Assembly: GCA_001774945.1 (NCBI GenBank)
Contig: MFBL01000008.1
Span: forward strand, 9,310-52,073
From: Candidatus Curtissbacteria bacterium RIFCSPHIGHO2_12_FULL_41_17
GTDB lineage: Bacteria > Patescibacteriota > Microgenomatia > Curtissbacterales > GWA2-41-24
Length of the DNA stretch: 42,764 bases
Direction: 5' to 3'
Notes under the pieces: model-generated
What the model saw: only the letters and a program-made list of their open reading frames with translations
Told to the model about the DNA's origin: nothing
Databases searched by the model: none
Program-made: the position numbers and the translations under genes
Shown here: positions 38,706-42,764 of the stretch, piece by piece
Layout of the letters: each line of letters opens with the position of its first letter
How positions within the stretch are numbered: the first letter of the stretch is position 1

Positions 38706-39425
38706 ATGGGCAGAGAACGAAGAGATCAGAATCCGCAACCAGATAAGCAACCAACCGAAATTACTTCAACGGCAAGGGTGTTTGCTCTCGTAGAACCAGA
38801 AGAGTCTGCAACAATCAGTTACGAAGACTTGGTCATGCGTGATTGCCCAATTGTTATAGATCAAGGATCTGTCGAGGCAGTTGCTGGTAAAATGCTTAGA
38901 CAGCTACTACACTTGCATCGCGTAAATGGCCAATCCAAAACCACTCATGAAAAATCACGAAAGAGTCCCTGGAAGCATAAAGTAAACGAGGTAAGATTAG
39001 GCAAAAAATATCGAAGGCCTAATCCATTAGAACCTGATCAAGCCTTGTTTGTGGTGTCAAGCCGCATTATTGATCCCCCTCCGCCTAGCCATGATGTAGG
39101 TGATTTTGGGATACACGAGCTGGCGGAATTATCCCTCGACCCTGAAGTTCTAGATATTTTTGCCAAATCACAATCAAATTCAGGTACATTAGTATGCCCC
39201 GATCAACTCGAAGGCGGCTTTTCTATAATTGACTTAGCCATGCAGACCGAAGATACAGAAGCTATAGAGCAGGTCGATACGGATGATTTAGATCTACTAC
39301 TTGAACCTGAGGAAGCTGAAAAGATGGTGACGTCAAGGCCTGCCAATAATCCGTATATTTTCAGCAGTCTTGAAGAAGACGATCTTCCCAATGAAGACGA
39401 CTACTCGGAGAATTCCAGAGCGTAA
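38706..39425 (+). CDS. Hypothetical protein with an acidic C-terminus
   Basis: 239-aa ORF with an AAGGA SD and its own promoter; no recognised motif. Confidence 0.65.
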   Translation: MGRERRDQNPQPDKQPTEITSTARVFALVEPEESATISYEDLVMRDCPIVIDQGSVEAVAGKMLRQLLHLHRVNGQSKTTHEKSRKSPWKHKVNEVRLGKKYRRPNPLEPDQALFVVSSRIIDPPPPSHDVGDFGIHELAELSLDPEVLDIFAKSQSNSGTLVCPDQLEGGFSIIDLAMQTEDTEAIEQVDTDDLDLLLEPEEAEKMVTSRPANNPYIFSSLEEDDLPNEDDYSENSRA

Positions 39426-39470
39426 AAACTGCACCCAACATCCAAAGCTTGTTATACTTAAATTAGGTAA

Positions 39471-39986
39471 ATGCTGCAGAACACAAATTCCACTTTTGTG
39501 GCCATCGCAATAGGCACTCTTGGTCTTGCATCAATCATCGGATCCTACAAACTGGTAAAAATGGAAAATGTCAGTACCGCATACCTGGCAGAAGCAAGGC
39601 AAACGTCTGTCGTCAACAATTATAAAGTTTCTTCAAATCAGTCGCCCGAAAACTTACCAAAAGGATTTGTAACGGGTAAACTTTGCTACCCCGGGGATTT
39701 TTTACCGGAAGGAAAAATTGCAGCTAAAAACATTGACTCCGGCACAATTTATACCCTTTATTATCCCGGCAGTAAAAATGGGGCCAGATCGTCATATTAT
39801 TTTGTATTAATCACCGGAAAATATAAGTTAAGATACGAAACCTTCATTGGCACAAATCAGATTAAACCCTTTTCCGGTTATTACAAAGGAAACTCGCAAG
39901 TTGTTGAAGTAGAGAACGGAAAAACAATTAAAAACATAGATCTTTGTGACTTCTACAATTCTGCCAACGACGAGCCTGATTTTTAA
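39471..39986 (+). CDS. Hypothetical membrane-anchored or exported protein
   Basis: N-terminal hydrophobic segment; GKLCYP and IDLCDFY Cys pair. Confidence 0.7.
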   Translation: MLQNTNSTFVAIAIGTLGLASIIGSYKLVKMENVSTAYLAEARQTSVVNNYKVSSNQSPENLPKGFVTGKLCYPGDFLPEGKIAAKNIDSGTIYTLYYPGSKNGARSSYYFVLITGKYKLRYETFIGTNQIKPFSGYYKGNSQVVEVENGKTIKNIDLCDFYNSANDEPDF

Positions 39987-40014
39987 AAATTCTTCTTTCT
40001 GCTAAAATTATTAA

Positions 40015-40476
40015 GTGCTAAAATCACAAAATTTTAAATTCACTAAAGAAGGTTTTGCAAATCTTAAAAAAGAACACGATGCGCTCATTTCAAGGCGTCC
40101 CCAAGTAGTCATTAATTTATCCAATGCCAGAGAGCAGGGGGATCTTTCCGAAAATGCCGGCTACCATGCAGCCAAAGATGAGCTTTCGCAAATAGACAGC
40201 AGAATTAGGGAATTAAAGTATTTACTAAGAGTCGGAAAAGTAATTGATAAAACTCAAAGCGAAATTGTGTCTTTTGGAAGCAGAGTAGTTGTTGAAATAG
40301 ATGGAAAAAGGATGCCGTTTCAAATTGTTGAAGAGTTAGAGGCCAATCCTACAAAGGGAAAAATTTCTACCAGTTCGCTTATTGGCAAAGCATTGATGGG
40401 CCACAAAGTTGGGGAAGAAATCGCAGTTGAAGTTCCCAATGGCAAAGTAGTTTACAAAATTCTCGAGATAACTTAA
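40015..40476 (+). CDS. greA: Transcription elongation factor GreA
   Basis: AREQGDLSENAGYHAAK and ISTSSLIGKALMG motifs. Confidence 0.95.
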   Translation: MLKSQNFKFTKEGFANLKKEHDALISRRPQVVINLSNAREQGDLSENAGYHAAKDELSQIDSRIRELKYLLRVGKVIDKTQSEIVSFGSRVVVEIDGKRMPFQIVEELEANPTKGKISTSSLIGKALMGHKVGEEIAVEVPNGKVVYKILEIT

Positions 40477-40561
40477 GACAGATCAGGTTTATAGGACGAT
40501 GTTCGAACATTTCTATCAAACGATAAGGAAATGATTGAAAAGTTGACTAAAATTTTGAGAG

Positions 40562-41230
40562 ATGAGATATTCAATCAGCATGGAAGGTGAAGTTTCAAAT
40601 GTTCCACCAGTTGAAAAAACAACTGCAGCAAAAAAATCTAGATTTATATCTCGAGTTCCACAAGCGGTTAGAACTTTAATAAGAAGATCTTCAAAAAAAG
40701 AAGGGGTAAATGACAAACAGGAAATTTTTTATTACGGTACCCCATTCGATTTTCAAGGATTACCCAAAATTGGAGATGGCGAAGGCTGGGGAGCCGGTAT
40801 TTATCTAACAAAATCGAGAAATTATGCTGAATCATACGCAAGAGGAGGAGAATCATATCGTCAGCATATTGCAGCTGAGGCAAAAGGTAAGCCACGCAAT
40901 CCTCAACTGATAAAAATCACAGTTGCAGGTCAGGCAAATATTGTTAACTTAGAAATTCCTACACCCAAAGAGCTTGAAAATGCCATCTTAGAGAAATTAA
41001 ATGAAGCTGAAAGAACAAGTTTTTTAAAGAGGTATAGTGCCTTTGGAAGTAATACTGAAGCTTTTAAAAACGCTCTTGCACAAACTGTTCCTGCTGAGCG
41101 TTACGTTGCAATGCTGCGAGAAGCAGGAATAGACGGATTCAGGGATCTAACGAGAGATGAGATTGCTATTTTGAATCCAGCAGTTTTAAAGAGAGTTGGT
41201 ACCGAAAAATTGACTGGTTTTGAAAATTAG
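40562..41230 (+). CDS. Hypothetical protein with an ADP-ribosyltransferase-like motif set
   Basis: FYYGT...GEGWGAGIYLTKSRNYAESYA...AGIDG resembles ART-PolyVal-like domains. Confidence 0.5.
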   Translation: MRYSISMEGEVSNVPPVEKTTAAKKSRFISRVPQAVRTLIRRSSKKEGVNDKQEIFYYGTPFDFQGLPKIGDGEGWGAGIYLTKSRNYAESYARGGESYRQHIAAEAKGKPRNPQLIKITVAGQANIVNLEIPTPKELENAILEKLNEAERTSFLKRYSAFGSNTEAFKNALAQTVPAERYVAMLREAGIDGFRDLTRDEIAILNPAVLKRVGTEKLTGFEN

Positions 41231-41255
41231 AATAACTGTTCTTCCTTTGAAGTTT

Positions 41256-41331
41256 AGGAGAGGGGACTTGTCAACCAGAGCATGATCCGCCTTTGGTGGA
41301 AACCTCCGACCTCACCATCTCAAAAAGCGCT
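41256..41331 (-). repeat. Decayed copy of the tRNA-Pro 3' half with a 30-nt insert in the T-loop
   Basis: 41256-41270 matches 42061-42075 at 12/15 positions and 41301-41313 matches 42076-42088 at 13/13. They are separated by TCAACCAGAGCATGATCCGCCTTTGGTGGA. Confidence 0.75.
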
Positions 41332-41343
41332 TTTATAAATGCC

Positions 41344-41724
41344 TTATGTAGGAGTATTTAAAATTTTTATGTCATTCATAGGAAAATGTTTTATGTTGAG
41401 TGAAATGAGAGTAAGATTGTTCACATTTGCTGTTGCGGCTATTAAACAGTCTGTCAAGCTTAAATTTTTTAGTTGTTTTACGTATTGCTGCCAATACAAA
41501 CCCGCTTGTTTTGCAATAGATTTTGTCACATCCCACGTTAGAAATTCCTCCAAGACGCTTTCAGTTTTTAGCAATTCAGAAGGGTAAATATTTTTGTATA
41601 TTTCAGCTATAGTTACAGTGGATATCGAAAACGCGTTTTTGTCTTTTAAACTTTGTAAAAATTCTTCGTACTTTTCATTTCCTCGCAGAACCCAAATAAG
41701 AATATCTGTATCGATTAAATACAC
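41344..41724 (-). CDS. vapC: VapC-type PIN toxin
   Basis: YLIDTDILI, TIAEI, SLTDCLIAATA and LNIKHF motifs. Confidence 0.9.
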   Translation of the reverse strand: MYLIDTDILIWVLRGNEKYEEFLQSLKDKNAFSISTVTIAEIYKNIYPSELLKTESVLEEFLTWDVTKSIAKQAGLYWQQYVKQLKNLSLTDCLIAATANVNNLTLISLNIKHFPMNDIKILNTPT

Positions 41725-41726
41725 GC

Positions 41727-42005
41727 TTAAAAGCTACGGTCTGCGGCTTTTCTACCTCTTTGCACCCAATTGATTACATCTTTTTTTGTTCGCCATTCAG
41801 GATGATTTCTGGCCGCAAAAATACCGCTGGCCGCTTTAAGCGCTTTCCCAAATGCGTCGGGGCTAAACTTTTTCTTTACTTCAAGTTGAACTATTTGCTG
41901 GCCCTTTTTTTCATCTTTTAAAATAACCGTATGGCCTTTTTTAGCTTTCTCGATATAATCTGCAATATGCTGCCGAAATTGGCTTACAGATACAATAATA
42001 GTCAT
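41727..42005 (-). CDS. Phd/YefM family antitoxin
   Basis: IVSVSQFRQHIADYIEKAKKGHTVIL motif; 2 nt upstream of vapC. Confidence 0.85.
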   Translation of the reverse strand: MTIIVSVSQFRQHIADYIEKAKKGHTVILKDEKKGQQIVQLEVKKKFSPDAFGKALKAASGIFAARNHPEWRTKKDVINWVQRGRKAADRSF

Positions 42006-42011
42006 GTTTTA

Positions 42012-42040
42012 ATATTAGTACATTATGTACATATTGTCAA
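42012..42040 (-). promoter_or_regulatory. TA promoter with a palindromic operator
   Basis: TTGACA-N17-TAATAT with the ATG 6 nt downstream; GTACAT-T-ATGTAC at 42018-42030 in the spacer. Confidence 0.7.
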
Positions 42041-42057
42041 CCAGCTTTTTTAAGCTG

Positions 42058-42131
42058 TCGGGGAGAGAGGACTCGAACCTCCGACCTCTGCGTCCCAAAC
42101 GCAGCGCTCTAGCCAACTGAGCTACTCCCCG
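42058..42131 (-). tRNA. tRNA-Pro(TGG)
   Basis: CGGGGAGTAGCTCAGTTGGCTAGAGCG CTGCG-TTTGGGA-CGCAG AGGTC GGAGGTTCGAGTCCTCT CTCCCCG A. Confidence 0.96.
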
Positions 42132-42372
42132 TTAGTAATATTTTCTTTAAAGTATTAAAACCCTTATGAGTTTTAAAAAACTTCTCTCGTAACCTTGCAT
42201 CGATCTCCGCAGTAAATTCCTCTTTATAAATCAGCACAAACGGTCTTCTGCTCTTAGTCGATGGTACTTTTCCCGAATTATGTTCACTTATTCTTCTTTT
42301 TAAATTGTTAGTTGACCCGATATATCTTTTTTTATCTTTCTCGCTTTTCAAGATATAAAGGTACCATTTCAT
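42109..42372 (-). CDS. Small GIY-YIG nuclease family protein
   Basis: WYLYIL...YIGSTNNLKRRISEHNSG..STK.RRP..LIYKE...A..REK motifs. ATG at 42372; the stop codon lies inside tRNA-Pro. Confidence 0.9.
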   Translation of the reverse strand: MKWYLYILKSEKDKKRYIGSTNNLKRRISEHNSGKVPSTKSRRPFVLIYKEEFTAEIDARLREKFFKTHKGFNTLKKILLTGSSSVG

Positions 42373-42374
42373 TT

Positions 42375-42432
42375 GCGCTCTAGCCCCTGGGCCTTTGGCC
42401 CGAAGGGCCAGGGCCAACTGAGCTACTCCCCG
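42375..42432 (-). repeat. Copy of tRNA-Pro nt 1-28 with a 30-nt palindromic insert in the D-loop
   Basis: CGGGGAGTAGCTCAGTT-GGC-[CCTGGCCCTTCGGGCCAAAGGCCCAGG]-GGC-TAGAGCGC; the tRNA-derived parts are identical to tRNA-Pro. Confidence 0.9.
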
Positions 42433-42435
42433 CTA

Positions 42436-42693
42436 TTATATTCTCCAATAATTACGTCCGTGTCTTTGAGCCGCTGCTCTTATGCCGCTTTCTTTAATCC
42501 GAGTAATTACTTCGTCAGCAATCCTCTCCGAATCCGGAACTGGGGGTCTATCTATTCCACTATTAAATCCACCTGCCTTAGGGCAGCCTCCACAACCATT
42601 CTCTCTGATCGAATCAAAGAGTACCGGACACGTTGTCCTGCCTCCAGACGCTTTTACTAAATCTGGATTAATGCACAATCTGTCTTTGCCCAT
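42436..42693 (-). CDS. Small hypothetical Cys-containing protein
   Basis: 85-aa ORF between two tRNAs with C-x14-C-x11-CGGC; no SD seen. Confidence 0.4.
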   Translation of the reverse strand: MGKDRLCINPDLVKASGGRTTCPVLFDSIRENGCGGCPKAGGFNSGIDRPPVPDSERIADEVITRIKESGIRAAAQRHGRNYWRI

Positions 42694-42736
42694 TTTCTGT
42701 TTTTATTCACCCAAAATTCTACGAATTTTGGAGTAG

Positions 42737-42764
42737 TGGGCGGGGTGGGACTCGAACCCACACG
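42737..42764 (-). tRNA. 3' end of a tRNA truncated by the window edge, probably tRNA-Leu
   Basis: CGT-GTGGG-TTCGAGT-CCCAC-CCCGCCC-A; the anticodon is outside the window. Confidence 0.75.

Noticed and set aside
40499-40510. Perfect 12-bp palindrome ATGTTCGAACAT resembling a Gram-positive SOS half-site
   Set aside because: Several palindromes of this size are expected by chance in 42 kb, and it does not match the repeat found at lexA.
1207-42736. Many short ORFs in the six-frame track (e.g. 1715-2071, 17383-17856, 35191-35535, 29127-29312)
   Set aside because: They are antisense or out-of-frame shadows of well-supported genes or translations of repeats, with no motifs or start signals.
1-42764. 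Window bounded by two inward-facing tRNA 3' ends, as if one 42-kb island
   Set aside because: The ends differ (acceptor TGCCCCC versus CCCGCCC), are inverted rather than direct, and the interior is core housekeeping genes.

Overview
A 42.8-kb AT-rich bacterial chromosomal segment read in genetic code 11 (TGA ends several genes). Gene content suggests Patescibacteria/Microgenomates (inference from the short HolA and UvrC, a CvpA-CAP fusion and many leaderless starts). The backbone is housekeeping: dinB, rhomboid, xseAB, holA, ppsA-eno-gpmI, rsmI, an NRAMP transporter, lexA, uvrB/uvrA/uvrC, yvcK, secG, an ABC substrate-binding protein, alr-murL-murD and greA. There are four complete tRNAs (His, Arg, Gly, Pro) and two edge-truncated ones. 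The most striking locus is tRNA-Pro (41256-42432). The intact gene is flanked by a copy of its 5' end and a decayed copy of its 3' half, each interrupted in a conserved loop by a 30-nt palindromic insert. These copies bracket a small GIY-YIG nuclease gene, whose ORF ends inside the tRNA, and a Phd-VapC module. Similar small palindromes are dispersed through the window, one as an exact 13-codon in-frame insert in dinB. Other highlights: all three PIN-toxin modules sit at tRNA 3' ends; a MurL/MurD route to D-Glu; a TTCGG-N6-TTCGG candidate LexA operator; an XRE-MmyB regulator broken by one in-frame TGA; an orphan FabH; an ART-like ORFan; a probable AUU start codon; and candidate small RNAs. Family assignments come from motif recognition by eye; no database search was run.
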